Below are positions 43,191-52,919 of a stretch of DNA of 64,000 nucleotides, in pieces. Numbering within the stretch: position 1 is the stretch's first letter; every line of letters starts with the position of its first letter. The notes below the pieces were generated by a model that did not search any database, was not told where the DNA came from, and saw only the letters and a program-made list of their open reading frames with translations. Origin of the DNA: Gemmatimonadales bacterium (GTDB lineage: Bacteria; Gemmatimonadota; Gemmatimonadetes; Gemmatimonadales; GWC2-71-9); assembly GCA_035553475.1 (NCBI GenBank), contig DATNDQ010000062.1, forward strand, positions 360 to 64,359. The letters run 5' to 3'. Made by a program: the position numbers and the translations under genes.

Positions 43191-46100
43191 TTAGAACGTC
43201 GGGCCGAGGGACAGGGTCCAGTACGCGTGGCTGTTGTTCGGACGGTCGAGCGGCTTCGTGTAATCGAGCCGCAGGATCACGATGCCGAACATGTTGGCGC
43301 GAATTCCGAGGCCGTAGCTCCGCAGGGGAACGCGGACGTTCTCCGGGCTGCAACTCGGATCGCTCGGATTGCCGCAACGGGTCCAGTGCAGCTGCGAGGT
43401 GCTGTTGAACGCGACGCCAGCGTCGTAGAAGAACGCGCCCTCGAGCGGCGGGAAGCCGAGGGGCAGCACGCCGAGCACCAGCGCCCGCGTGAGGGGGAAG
43501 CGGATCTCGACGTTGGCGACCGCGACCTGTGAACCGATCAGCTGATCGAGCTCGGCGCACCCGGTTTGCGAGCTGCCGTTGGTGACCGCGACGCATTCGT
43601 TGCTCTGGAACGAGCCGGCGGTATATCCGCGAATGAGCTCCGTAGACCCGAGGAACGTTGGAAACCGCCCGCCATCCCGGCCGACGCGGCCGAAGTAGAG
43701 TCCACGAACAGCCAAAGTGAACGGGCGGAAGAGGAAGTACCGCCGCCAGTCGGCGGTCATCGCCGTGAACTGCCAATTTCCCAGAGCGGGTGCGACCTCG
43801 AGGCGCCAGCGGTTGCCCGCGAACGGCCCGACGTAGCTGAACAGCGTGTTGTCATGCACCAGCGCGGCGCTGGGCTGGGCGTACGAATTGGTCACGCCGC
43901 CGATGGTGTTCACGTTTTCGTCCGCCAGCTCGAGTGGGCACCCGATGGAGCATCCTGGCGGCGGTGCATAGATGTCCTGGATCTGCAGTGTCGCGTCCGA
44001 AATCGCCACGGCGTGGAGCGAGAACTCCACCCGGCTGAACTGACTGAACGGATACGAGGCGGTTCCGAACAGATCCCGGATCACGAAGCGGCGGATGTTG
44101 GTGTTCAGCGTGTAGGTCTGGGCGAGGGTGTCCCGCACGCTCGAGGACGGCTCGTAGAAGTAGTACGGCTCCTGGGTGAATCCGACGGCCCAGTTGGTCC
44201 GGTGCACCTGATTGATGTAGGCGGCCAAAACTTCCGCCTCGGCCAGCCGGCCGTTCACGGCGCCGGAGAAGACCATGGTCCGGTCCCCCAGCATGTCCGA
44301 GAGCGACACCGCCGTACCTCCGAAGAAGCCCCGCCCGAAATTGTCACGTTCATAGCCGATCGTCGGCCGGGCGACGTAGTCCGGGGTGAAGCGCACGTGG
44401 TACGGCATGATCGAGAATTCGGCCGTGTCCGGCAGCGCGAGCGTGTTCGAGTCGAGGAGCTGCTTCACGGAAACGGCGGCCGCCACCTTCGTGGTCTCCG
44501 CGGGCTGCGCGCCCGACTGGCGGAGCCCGGACGGAGCCCGGTAGATGGAGCTCGACGGCGCTGAAGCGGCATTCGAGTCCGACGGGCTCGGCGGCACGAT
44601 CCTGCCGGTGTCTCCGGGGGTGAGCCCGGCGACCTCAAACCGCGGCCGGGTCTGGGCGTAGACGAGCGGCGGCATGGGCTTGTCGGCGTATGGCCGCCCA
44701 CGCAGCGAGCGCGGATTGTCGAGGGCGTAGACGTCCCAGCTGCCGTCGTCGTAATAGGCGAACGCCAGGCGGTCGGTCTCCTTGGCCCACGAGAGGGCAG
44801 GGGAGATCGGCGTGATGCCGGAGACGCCGGTGTAGACATCGGTCAGCTGATAGACCTGCTTGTCGCCCAGGTCGTACAGGAAAATGTTCGGAATACCGGT
44901 GCGGTCGGAGACGAAAGCCAGCGAGCGGCCGTCCGGGGCCCAGACGGGATTCACGTTCCGCCCGTATTCCATATGATCGAGCACTTCGACCTGCCCGGAC
45001 TCCAGATGATACAGCGCGATCCGGAAGTTCCCGGTGGCGAGGGTCTGGAAGTTGGTGTTCGGGCCGCGGTCGGTCGAGAACGCGATCGTCTTGCCGTCGG
45101 GCGACCATTGGGGCAGGAGGTCTGCATACTTGTCGTTGGTCAGCCGCCGGAGGTCCGAGCCGTCCCGGTTGATGATGAAGAGGTCCGCCAATCCGCCGTC
45201 GTACCCGGTGAAGGCGAGCTGCGTGCCGTCCGGCGACCAGGTCGGATTGTTGATGCCGTTCAGCGGGATCTTGAGCCGCGCGGCTTCCTTGTCCTTCTTG
45301 ATGTCGAAGAGGACGAGGTCATCCCGGTCCTTGTGCTTCACGGCGATGGCGAAGTACCGGCCGTCGGGTGAGAATGCGCCCGACGAATAGATGAACCGCA
45401 GGCTTTCGTAATTGCTCGACGTCGTGGACTTCACCAGCCGCCGGATCGTCCTCCCGGTTTCGGCGTCCGCCAGATACAGATCGATGAAGAAGTCGTTCCC
45501 CTCGCCGAAGTAGGCGATGTTCTTGCCGTCGGGCGAGAGGGCCGGAGCCAGATGCAGCCGCCCGTCCGAGCGCTTCTCCGTGAGCAGCGGCTCGGCGATG
45601 CGGCGCGCGGGATAGTGACTCGAGATCTCGGGCAGGAACGTCGCCTGGACGGCATCGCGCCAGTCCTTCGAGAGCTCGTCCAGCGAGATCCCCAGGGCCC
45701 GCTTGAAGGCGCCCTCGATGCCCGCGCCCCGCGAGGCCTGCAGGATTTCTCCGATGACCTCGTCCCCCCAGCGCTGCCCGATGTACGCGAAGAGCGCGTG
45801 CCCGTAGAAGTAGGGGAAGATGTTGGGGTTGTCCGTCATGTCCTCGATGGTGGGCAGGTGGCCCTGGAGGGCCGCGTCCCGCAACGCCATCGCCGTCGCC
45901 GGGTCCAGCGGACCCAGCGACAGGTACTCCGACATGCCTTCCATGAACCAGCCCGGGGGGTTCACGGCGACCATGGTCTGGATGCCGGCGCCCGGGTGAC
46001 CGCCTGAGTACACGTCGTACTGGAACTGGTGCGTCATCTCGTGCTGGATGACGTGCTCCATCCCTTCGTAGTCCCCGGTGAACGGGATCACCATCCGGTG

Positions 46101-46451
46101 CTTGAAGAACTCCGTGACGCCCTCGGTGCCCTCGTCGGGACTCTCCCCGCCCAGCGCGTTGGTCTCCTGGAACTCCGAGTACGACGCATACAGGAGAATG
46201 GGTTTGCGTTCGATGAAGTTGTGATGGAGGATGCGTGAGAGGCGCGCGTATGACCGTTCCGCGATGCGCGCCACGTCGAGCGCGGCTTCACGCTCGACGG
46301 GATAGAAGTAGACGTCGAAGTGTTCGGTCTGGATGATCTGCCAGTTGAAGGAGCGGTACTGGACCTTGTTCTGTCCGAAGTACTGCGCCGACGCCGTGGT
46401 GCTGAGCGCGACGCACGCGAGCCCCGTCAGGAAAACCTTCGTCCCCTTCAT
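43191..46451 (-). CDS. Outer-membrane fusion protein: MA-clan-like zinc peptidase + PD40/TolB-like beta-propeller + Omp85/BamA-type barrel
   Basis: ORF trimmed to ATG 46451 (MKGTKVFLTGLACVALSTTASAQ; GGGGGTGG upstream). HEMTH motif. Five SPDG..IAF PD40 repeats. C-terminal barrel ending WTLSLGPTF. Confidence 0.85.
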   Translation of the reverse strand: MKGTKVFLTGLACVALSTTASAQYFGQNKVQYRSFNWQIIQTEHFDVYFYPVEREAALDVARIAERSYARLSRILHHNFIERKPILLYASYSEFQETNALGGESPDEGTEGVTEFFKHRMVIPFTGDYEGMEHVIQHEMTHQFQYDVYSGGHPGAGIQTMVAVNPPGWFMEGMSEYLSLGPLDPATAMALRDAALQGHLPTIEDMTDNPNIFPYFYGHALFAYIGQRWGDEVIGEILQASRGAGIEGAFKRALGISLDELSKDWRDAVQATFLPEISSHYPARRIAEPLLTEKRSDGRLHLAPALSPDGKNIAYFGEGNDFFIDLYLADAETGRTIRRLVKSTTSSNYESLRFIYSSGAFSPDGRYFAIAVKHKDRDDLVLFDIKKDKEAARLKIPLNGINNPTWSPDGTQLAFTGYDGGLADLFIINRDGSDLRRLTNDKYADLLPQWSPDGKTIAFSTDRGPNTNFQTLATGNFRIALYHLESGQVEVLDHMEYGRNVNPVWAPDGRSLAFVSDRTGIPNIFLYDLGDKQVYQLTDVYTGVSGITPISPALSWAKETDRLAFAYYDDGSWDVYALDNPRSLRGRPYADKPMPPLVYAQTRPRFEVAGLTPGDTGRIVPPSPSDSNAASAPSSSIYRAPSGLRQSGAQPAETTKVAAAVSVKQLLDSNTLALPDTAEFSIMPYHVRFTPDYVARPTIGYERDNFGRGFFGGTAVSLSDMLGDRTMVFSGAVNGRLAEAEVLAAYINQVHRTNWAVGFTQEPYYFYEPSSSVRDTLAQTYTLNTNIRRFVIRDLFGTASYPFSQFSRVEFSLHAVAISDATLQIQDIYAPPPGCSIGCPLELADENVNTIGGVTNSYAQPSAALVHDNTLFSYVGPFAGNRWRLEVAPALGNWQFTAMTADWRRYFLFRPFTLAVRGLYFGRVGRDGGRFPTFLGSTELIRGYTAGSFQSNECVAVTNGSSQTGCAELDQLIGSQVAVANVEIRFPLTRALVLGVLPLGFPPLEGAFFYDAGVAFNSTSQLHWTRCGNPSDPSCSPENVRVPLRSYGLGIRANMFGIVILRLDYTKPLDRPNNSHAYWTLSLGPTF

Positions 46452-46470
46452 ACCACCCCCGGTCGAGCCT

Positions 46471-46845
46471 TCATTCTCCCACTGCGACCACCGGTGCTTC
46501 ACCCCAGAGCCGCTCCAGCTGATAGAAATCTCGGAGCTCGGGATGGAAGAGATGCACTACGAAGTCCACGTAGTCGAGCAACACCCACCGGCCCTGCGTC
46601 AGTCCTTCCACGTGGTGGGGCTTGTTCTCCCCACCAAGCGACATCAGATGATCCGCCATGCCCCGCACGTGTGCGTCGGAGGTTCCCGACGCGATCACGA
46701 AGTAGTCCGTCGCTTCCGACAATCCCCTGAGGTCCAATACGACCACCTGTACCGCTTTCCGGTCCGACAATCCTTCGAGGATGGGCCGGAGCCCCTCCAG
46801 AGCGGGGGCCGGTTTCCCGCGGGAACGCCCTCGACCGCTACTCAT
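46471..46845 (-). CDS. rsfS: Ribosome silencing factor RsfS
   Basis: Trimmed to ATG 46845 (8-nt overlap with the upstream stop). VVVLDLRGLSEATDYFVIASGTSDAHVRGMADHL...VLLDYVDFVVHLFHPELRDFYQLERLW. Confidence 0.88.
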   Translation of the reverse strand: MSSGRGRSRGKPAPALEGLRPILEGLSDRKAVQVVVLDLRGLSEATDYFVIASGTSDAHVRGMADHLMSLGGENKPHHVEGLTQGRWVLLDYVDFVVHLFHPELRDFYQLERLWGEAPVVAVGE

Positions 46846-48652
46846 AGCGCCGCCCGCCGTCGTTTGTTCCGTCCTCCACCTGGTAAAAGACGCCCCAGGT
46901 ACCAATCCCGGTGTGGGCCGCGAGAACCGGTGTGATCGGACTGATCAAAGCTTCCTTGGGCGCGTAGCGGCGGACCAGTTCCTGACGCAAGGACTCGGCG
47001 AACTGATGGATGCCGGCGTGTACCACGCCGAGCCGGAGCGATTTCGGCTTGGCGGCGAGTGCCCGGTCCAGGAGCGTGAGCACCCTCGTCTTCGCCGCCT
47101 CCCGCCCGCGCGCACGCCCCGCGGAATCCACCACGCCTTCGGGCGTCAGCGTCAGGATGGGTTTCAGGTTCAGACGCGTCCCGAGCCAACCGGCCAGGCG
47201 CGACACCCGTCCCGAGCGGATCAGGCGATCCAGCTTATCTACGACGAAGAAGCCGGAGGATTGAGTCCGGACCCGCCCGAGCTCGACCGCGATCTCCTCG
47301 GGTGGCACGCCCTGCGCCGCGAGCTCAAGGCCCCGGAGGACCAGCATGCCTTCCCCGAGGGACGCGCTGCGGGAGTCCACAAGAGAAATCCGGTCGGCTG
47401 CCACCTCTTTCGCGGCGGCCTCGGCGTTCGCGTACGTCCCCGACAACGGCTTGGACACGGTCACCACCACGATCTTCTCGGCCACGCGCAGGGCGTCCTT
47501 ATACACCTCGGCGAACGCCTGGCGCGTGGGCTGGGAGGTGGTCGCATCCTGGCCGGAACGGAGCCGCGTGAAGAACTCCGGGGCGGAAAGCTCGAGCCGG
47601 TCGCGGTAGACGCGGTCGCCCACGACGACCTGCAGCGGAACCAGGCCGATCTGCTTCTCGAACACGGCGGAATCGGGGAGGTCGCACGCGGTGTCGGCCA
47701 CGAAGGCGACCGGGCGCTTGTTCACGAGGGCCTGATGCTGGGCCCGCATGTCCTCCGCCTTGGTGTACTCCAGGGTGCCCCAGCCGCGGCCGAGCTCGAA
47801 GACCCGGTCGGGGGTGTCGGTGTGAACGTGGGCCTTGAGGAGGTCGCCCGATTCAAGAACGACGATGGACCCGCCGAGCTCCCGGAGTGCGGCTCGGACC
47901 TGCTCCGGCTTCGGCAGGGAAGCACCCCGCACCATGACTTCCGTGCAGAACCGGTAGTCGCGGTCGGAGGCCACCTCGGTGGTCGCGGCGGCATTCACGA
48001 GGTCCCGGTCGACGGCCCCCTGCGCCTGGCCCCCTTCTTCTATAAGGCGTTTCACGCCGTCCAGCAGGCGGACGAATCCCTTGGCTCCGGCGTCCACGAC
48101 TCCCGCCGCCTTCAGGGCCTGGAGGAGCTCGGGTGTCCCCTGCAGCGAGCGCTCGGCGCGGGTCACGAGGCGCCGCATGAACACCTTGAGGTCCCGCTCA
48201 TCGGCGGCGGCGTCCGCCTCGTCGGCAGCGTCGCGGGCGACGGTGAGGATGGTCCCTTCGACGGGGTCGTCGAGCGCGCCATTCAGGCGTTCGAAGCCCA
48301 TGCGGATGGCGCGGGCCAGGTCTCGGGCGCTGGCGGTGCGGCGGTCCCCCAGACCATCGCGAAGACCGAGGAGAAACTGCGAAAGCATCATGCCGGAGTT
48401 GCCGCGGGCGCCGCGGATGCTCGCCTGCGCCATCGTTTCGGTGACCTGGGGCAGGGGGGCGTCGCCGAGGATGCGGAGGGCCTGCGCGACTTCGCGGAGG
48501 GTGAGCCACATGTTGGTCCCGGTGTCGCCGTCGGGCACCGGGAACACGTTCATCCGATTCAGCTCATCCCGACCCGCCGCGACCCAGTCCGCCGCGGCCA
48601 GGAGCGACCGCGACAGTCGGGGTCCATCGACGTAACTGATCCCGGCGGGCAC
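46838..48652 (-). CDS. DAK2/DhaL (FakA-N-like) domain fused to a DegV (FakB-like) fatty-acid-binding domain
   Basis: 604 aa with GTG start. N-terminal Dak2 motifs PVPDGDTGTNM and RGNSGMM. Middle YloV-type segment (YRFCTEVMV). The C-terminal ~280 aa are classic DegV (VAFVADTACDLP...TTSQPT...SKPLSGTYANA...VVDKLDRLIRSGRVS...ISPITPVLAAHTGIGTWGV). Confidence 0.88.
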   Translation of the reverse strand: MPAGISYVDGPRLSRSLLAAADWVAAGRDELNRMNVFPVPDGDTGTNMWLTLREVAQALRILGDAPLPQVTETMAQASIRGARGNSGMMLSQFLLGLRDGLGDRRTASARDLARAIRMGFERLNGALDDPVEGTILTVARDAADEADAAADERDLKVFMRRLVTRAERSLQGTPELLQALKAAGVVDAGAKGFVRLLDGVKRLIEEGGQAQGAVDRDLVNAAATTEVASDRDYRFCTEVMVRGASLPKPEQVRAALRELGGSIVVLESGDLLKAHVHTDTPDRVFELGRGWGTLEYTKAEDMRAQHQALVNKRPVAFVADTACDLPDSAVFEKQIGLVPLQVVVGDRVYRDRLELSAPEFFTRLRSGQDATTSQPTRQAFAEVYKDALRVAEKIVVVTVSKPLSGTYANAEAAAKEVAADRISLVDSRSASLGEGMLVLRGLELAAQGVPPEEIAVELGRVRTQSSGFFVVDKLDRLIRSGRVSRLAGWLGTRLNLKPILTLTPEGVVDSAGRARGREAAKTRVLTLLDRALAAKPKSLRLGVVHAGIHQFAESLRQELVRRYAPKEALISPITPVLAAHTGIGTWGVFYQVEDGTNDGGRRYE

Positions 48653-48662
48653 GGGGCGCGCC

Positions 48663-49106
48663 TTACTCCTTGACCACCGTCACCTGCACTTCGGGCCGGA
48701 CGTCGGCGTGAACTTTCACGCCCACCTTGAACTCGCCGAGCGCGCGAATGGGCTCGGGGAGATCGATCTGGCGCTTGTCGACATCGTGGCCGGCTTCCGC
48801 CAGCCGGCGCTGGATGTCCGCGGCGGTGATGGACCCGTACAGCTTGTCTTCCTCGCCGACCTTCACCGAGAAGGTGAGCTGGACCTGCGCGAGCTTGTCG
48901 GCGATGATCTGCGCCGCATCCTTCTCCGCCGCGCGCACCTTCATGATGCGTGCCGCCTCGAAGGTGATCTTCTTCTTGTTGCCCTCGGTGGCCGGATAGG
49001 CCAGGCCTTTGGGCAGCAGGAAATTGCGGGCGAAGCCGTCCTTGACCTTCACGACCTCGCCGGCCTTGCCGACGTGCTGCACGTCTTCCCGCAGAATGAT
49101 TTCCAT
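48663..49106 (-). CDS. rplI: 50S ribosomal protein L9
   Basis: Trimmed to ATG 49106: MEIILREDVQHVGKAGEVVKVKDGFARNFLLPKGLA. Confidence 0.92.
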   Translation of the reverse strand: MEIILREDVQHVGKAGEVVKVKDGFARNFLLPKGLAYPATEGNKKKITFEAARIMKVRAAEKDAAQIIADKLAQVQLTFSVKVGEEDKLYGSITAADIQRRLAEAGHDVDKRQIDLPEPIRALGEFKVGVKVHADVRPEVQVTVVKE

Positions 49107-49119
49107 GCCGTCCTCGTGA

Positions 49120-50043
49120 TCAGTTCGGCCGGCCCTCGAGCCGGCGCCGGAATTCCAACCAGGTATCACTCACGCCCAGGACACAGAGGCTCGGGGCAGT
49201 GGCGGGAGCGAAGAGCACTCCCGTGAGCACCGCCAGCGCCTGCAGCCAGGCCGGAACCGCGACTATGCCGGCGGCGACCGCGACCACGGCCGCCCCGCGG
49301 AGCACGTACAGGGCTCCCAGAATCAGTCCAACATTCAGCGCGGCGACGCGGATGCCCGGGGCGCCGCCCGAGAGAATCCAGGCGATCGTCGCCACCACCA
49401 CACCCCAGACCGCGCCGTCCGCGAGCCGGAACTCCCGGAACGGGCGCAGCGCCGGACCCAGCGGGTGCCGCGCGGTGCGCACATGCCATTGCCACGCCAG
49501 CGCCAGGGCGGCCAGACCCCACAGGATCTCGAGCGCGGGGCGCACCGTACTGAACACGCGCACCGCCGGCTCGTATTTCGCATACATGTCCGCCACGACG
49601 TCGGGGGACATGACTTCCAGTACGGTCCGCAGGGCGAAGCTGGTCTGCCGCACCGTGTCCCAGGCGAGGAGGCCCCAGGTGTGCGCGCCGTTCAGAATCC
49701 ACGCGAGCGTCACGGCGCTGGCGCTGCTCCACGCCAGCGCACCTGTCGCGCGCGGCAGAAACGGTCCGGGCGCATTCCAGGCCATCACCACGAACGCCAC
49801 GGCGGCGAAGAGCTGAAAGACACCGATCACCGCGTCGACCGCCGTTTCGCGCGGCGTAATCAGGGCCCAGAGGGCGAGCACGCCGATCAAGAGCGCGCCC
49901 GCGCGGAACACACTGGACCGCGTGCCTCCGATCAGCTGGAGGCCGGCGAACGTGAGCCCCACGAGCGGCAAACTGGTCGGCGCGAAGAGGGCGAGAAGGA
50001 ACGTGCCCGTCATCAGCGACCAGAAGCCCCGCGGGAAAACCAT
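49120..50043 (-). CDS. DUF2232 (YybS-like) membrane protein
   Basis: Trimmed to ATG 50043, 2 nt after the rpsR stop. Polytopic. Its position upstream of rplI matches the yybS-rplI synteny known in Firmicutes. Confidence 0.75.
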   Translation of the reverse strand: MVFPRGFWSLMTGTFLLALFAPTSLPLVGLTFAGLQLIGGTRSSVFRAGALLIGVLALWALITPRETAVDAVIGVFQLFAAVAFVVMAWNAPGPFLPRATGALAWSSASAVTLAWILNGAHTWGLLAWDTVRQTSFALRTVLEVMSPDVVADMYAKYEPAVRVFSTVRPALEILWGLAALALAWQWHVRTARHPLGPALRPFREFRLADGAVWGVVVATIAWILSGGAPGIRVAALNVGLILGALYVLRGAAVVAVAAGIVAVPAWLQALAVLTGVLFAPATAPSLCVLGVSDTWLEFRRRLEGRPN

Positions 50044-50045
50044 TG

Positions 50046-50267
50046 TCAGCCGGTGAAGCCCTTGATATACGGGATCAGGGCCAGCTGCCGCGCGCGCTTG
50101 ATGGCCGTGGCCAGCTGCCGCTGGTGCCGCGCGCACATGCCCGACAGGCGCGAGGGCAGAATCTTCCCGCGCTCGGTCAGGAAACGGCTCACGGTCCGGT
50201 CGTCCTTGTAGTCCAGAACCCGGACCCCCGACTCACACACCGGGCACGTCTTCGAAGGGCGTCTCAC
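50046..50267 (-). CDS. rpsR: 30S ribosomal protein S18
   Basis: 73 aa: [60 protein letters not shown]. Confidence 0.93.
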   Translation of the reverse strand: MRRPSKTCPVCESGVRVLDYKDDRTVSRFLTERGKILPSRLSGMCARHQRQLATAIKRARQLALIPYIKGFTG

Positions 50268-50620
50268 GCGTCGTCCTCCTCACCGTCGTCGTCGCCGCCG
50301 ATCGCCGGCGCAGGCACCGGCTTGGCCTCCGCTTCGGCCGCCACCACCAGGAAACGCAGGACACCCTCGTCCAGCTTGACCGCGCGCTCATACTCGGGGA
50401 GCAGGTCCCCGGTCGTCTCGAACTGCGCGACGACGTAGTAGCCGGTGTCCTTCTTCTTGATGGGATAGGCGAGGGTCCGCTTGCCCCAATGGCTCACGTT
50501 CGTCATCGAGCCCTTGCCGTCTTTGGTCAGGAGCGCGTGAAAACGTTCGAGCTTCTCGGTGACTGCGGGTTCCTCGAGGGCACTGTCAAAAATGTAGACC
50601 GTCTCGTATCGACGAGTCAT
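50264..50620 (-). CDS. rpsF: 30S ribosomal protein S6
   Basis: 118 aa beginning [17 protein letters not shown], with an acidic C-terminal tail. Strong SD GGGAGGTG upstream. Confidence 0.92.
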   Translation of the reverse strand: MTRRYETVYIFDSALEEPAVTEKLERFHALLTKDGKGSMTNVSHWGKRTLAYPIKKKDTGYYVVAQFETTGDLLPEYERAVKLDEGVLRFLVVAAEAEAKPVPAPAIGGDDDGEEDDA

Positions 50621-50698
50621 GCCACCTCCCTTTGGTCTTGAACGACCCGGTGCAGGTGCGGCACCGAGTAGGGGAATTGAGCGGCGAAAGCTAGTGGG

Positions 50699-51802
50699 TC
50701 ACACGTTGAACCGGAAGAGCAGGACATCTCCATCCTGCACCACGTATTCCCGGCCCTCGCTGCGAACCAGGCCCTGCTCCCGGGCCGGCTTCCAGCCCCC
50801 CGACTTGGTGAAATCCGCAAAGCTCACCGTCTCGGCCCGGATGAATCCCTTCTGGAAGTCCGAATGAATGACACCGGCGGCATCGTAGGCCGTGTCATTC
50901 ACGTGAATGGTCCACGCACGCACTTCCTGCTCACCCGCGGTGAAGTAGGTCCGGAGGCCGAGCAGGGCATAACCGGCGTGAATCAGGCGGTCGAGCCCGG
51001 GCTCCTTCACCCCGGCGCCGGCGAGAAACTCCTTCCGCTCGTCGCGCGACAGCTCCGCGAGCTCCGCTTCCAGCTTGGCGGAGAAGGGCACCAGCTCGGC
51101 TTCTTCGTGATGGGCGGCGACAGCCTTCTTGAGTACGTCGACGAACTTCCCGCCACCGGCCGCCAGGTCGTCTTCACTCACGTTGGCCGCGTACAGAATC
51201 GGCTTGGAGGTCAACAGCCCCATCGCGCGAAGGGCAGCGAGCTCCTTGGCGTCCTTGGCCGCGGCCCGCGCGCCCGAGCCCCGATTGAGCTCGGTGGTGA
51301 CGCGCTCCAGCAGCGCCATTTCGACCTGCGCGTCCTTGTCCCCCGACTTCGCGCTCTTGCGGGTCTTGTCCATCCGGCGGTCGATGACCGACACGTCCGC
51401 GAGGGCGAGCTCGGCCGAGATCACGTCATGGTCGCGCACCGGGTCGACCGGTCCCATGACGTGGACCACGTCGGGGTCTTCGAAGCAGCGGATGACGTGG
51501 ACGATGGCGTCCACTTCGCGGATGTGGGACAGGAACTGGTTGCCGAGTCCCTCGCCTTGCGACGCGCCCTTCACGAGGCCCGCGATATCCACGAACTCCA
51601 CGACGGCGGGGACCTTCTTCTTCGGCTTCACCAGCTCCACGAGCTGCTCGAGACGAAGGTCCGGCACCTCTACCACGCCGACGTTTGGATCGACCGTGCA
51701 GAAGGGGTAATTCTCGGCGGCCGCGGCTTTGGATGAAGTCAGCGCGTTGAAGAGCGTGGATTTTCCGACGTTCGGCAGACCAACTATTCCAAGGCGAAGC
51801 AT
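50699..51802 (-). CDS. ychF: Redox-regulated ATPase YchF
   Basis: 367 aa with GIVGLPNVGKSTLFNALT and a TGS-like C-terminus. Confidence 0.95.
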   Translation of the reverse strand: MLRLGIVGLPNVGKSTLFNALTSSKAAAAENYPFCTVDPNVGVVEVPDLRLEQLVELVKPKKKVPAVVEFVDIAGLVKGASQGEGLGNQFLSHIREVDAIVHVIRCFEDPDVVHVMGPVDPVRDHDVISAELALADVSVIDRRMDKTRKSAKSGDKDAQVEMALLERVTTELNRGSGARAAAKDAKELAALRAMGLLTSKPILYAANVSEDDLAAGGGKFVDVLKKAVAAHHEEAELVPFSAKLEAELAELSRDERKEFLAGAGVKEPGLDRLIHAGYALLGLRTYFTAGEQEVRAWTIHVNDTAYDAAGVIHSDFQKGFIRAETVSFADFTKSGGWKPAREQGLVRSEGREYVVQDGDVLLFRFNV

Positions 51803-51812
51803 CTCATCCCTT

Positions 51813-52919
51813 CTATCGCAGAAATGGAGCGATGACGATCCACGTCAACACCGCGACGCGCACCAGCGCGAAGCGGGGGCCCTTCCCGGCGGCGCCGATC
51901 GCGCCGACCACCACCGCGGCGACGAACGTGTGAAACCAGCCGGACCAGTGACTCGGAGTCACCAGGGGACTGCCGGAATGCGAAGCCACCAGGATCGCGA
52001 GGGCGGCGATGATGGTGACGGCCTGGCCGGGCGTGGACGGTAGAGCCACCGCGGTGAAGGCCGCGAGAGCGACCACGGCGGATCCGTACGGGCCGACGAA
52101 GTGAAAGGACGCGACGGCGACCACGACCAGGGCGACCGTCACCATCCGTTGGTTGATCAGCGTGATGCCCGCGCCCAGGACGACGCCTGCGAGCCCTGCC
52201 AGCAGCGTGGCTTGGGGGGACAACGCGTCTTCATGGAGTCCCAAGGCGACCGGGTCGAGTCCCGTCGCGGCGAGGGCCACGAGGCACCCGACCACGATGG
52301 CTCCCGTCACCATCCCGGCGCGCGATGACTCCTTCCACAGCAACCCGACCGCTCCTCCGACGATCCCGGTCGTGGCGACCAGCATGGGGTACGCCACTCC
52401 ATCCAGCCGATTCGCCGCAAAGGGCGTGGCGGCCGCGACCACCAGGGCACCAGCCGCCGCGAAGACGCCGGCGTCGGAAGCTTCGGGGACCGTGCTGCCA
52501 CTCTTCTTGCTCGCCGAAATCACCGCGGAGCCGAGGGCGAAGGCCGCGACGAGCTGGGCGAAGAGCTTCCAGCCGCCGTCGTCCATCCCGGCGGCCGAGC
52601 CGAAGAGCTCGAAGACGAGTCCGAGGCCGAGGAGGGAGGTACCCCAGGCCGACAGACCGAGGATCCGGGATTCGATCCCGAAATCCGCCATCCATTGAAC
52701 GGTCAGGGCGGCGACGGCGCCGAGGGCGAAACTGGCGCCGGTGCGGGCGCTGATCAGTCCGTCGAGCACCACGAGCGCGACGATGGCGATCAGTCCGGGC
52801 TCAACATACGTGCCCAGCTCCGGGCGTCGTGTGGCGGCGCGCAGGGCGACGAGGGCGGGGATGAGGGCCACCGCACCCCCGAGGATGGCGATCTCAGGGA
52901 ACCAGGGCACCAGGTTCAT
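51813..52919 (-). CDS. Hypothetical polytopic membrane protein
   Basis: 368 aa, with about 10 Ala/Gly/Val-rich hydrophobic helices. ATGA overlap with the pth stop. No family recognised. Confidence 0.65.
   Translation of the reverse strand: MNLVPWFPEIAILGGAVALIPALVALRAATRRPELGTYVEPGLIAIVALVVLDGLISARTGASFALGAVAALTVQWMADFGIESRILGLSAWGTSLLGLGLVFELFGSAAGMDDGGWKLFAQLVAAFALGSAVISASKKSGSTVPEASDAGVFAAAGALVVAAATPFAANRLDGVAYPMLVATTGIVGGAVGLLWKESSRAGMVTGAIVVGCLVALAATGLDPVALGLHEDALSPQATLLAGLAGVVLGAGITLINQRMVTVALVVVAVASFHFVGPYGSAVVALAAFTAVALPSTPGQAVTIIAALAILVASHSGSPLVTPSHWSGWFHTFVAAVVVGAIGAAGKGPRFALVRVAVLTWIVIAPFLR

Noticed and set aside
46781-48673. 630-aa plus-strand ORF
   Set aside because: It lies antisense to the DAK2-DegV gene, whose motifs are unambiguous. 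No recognisable domains.
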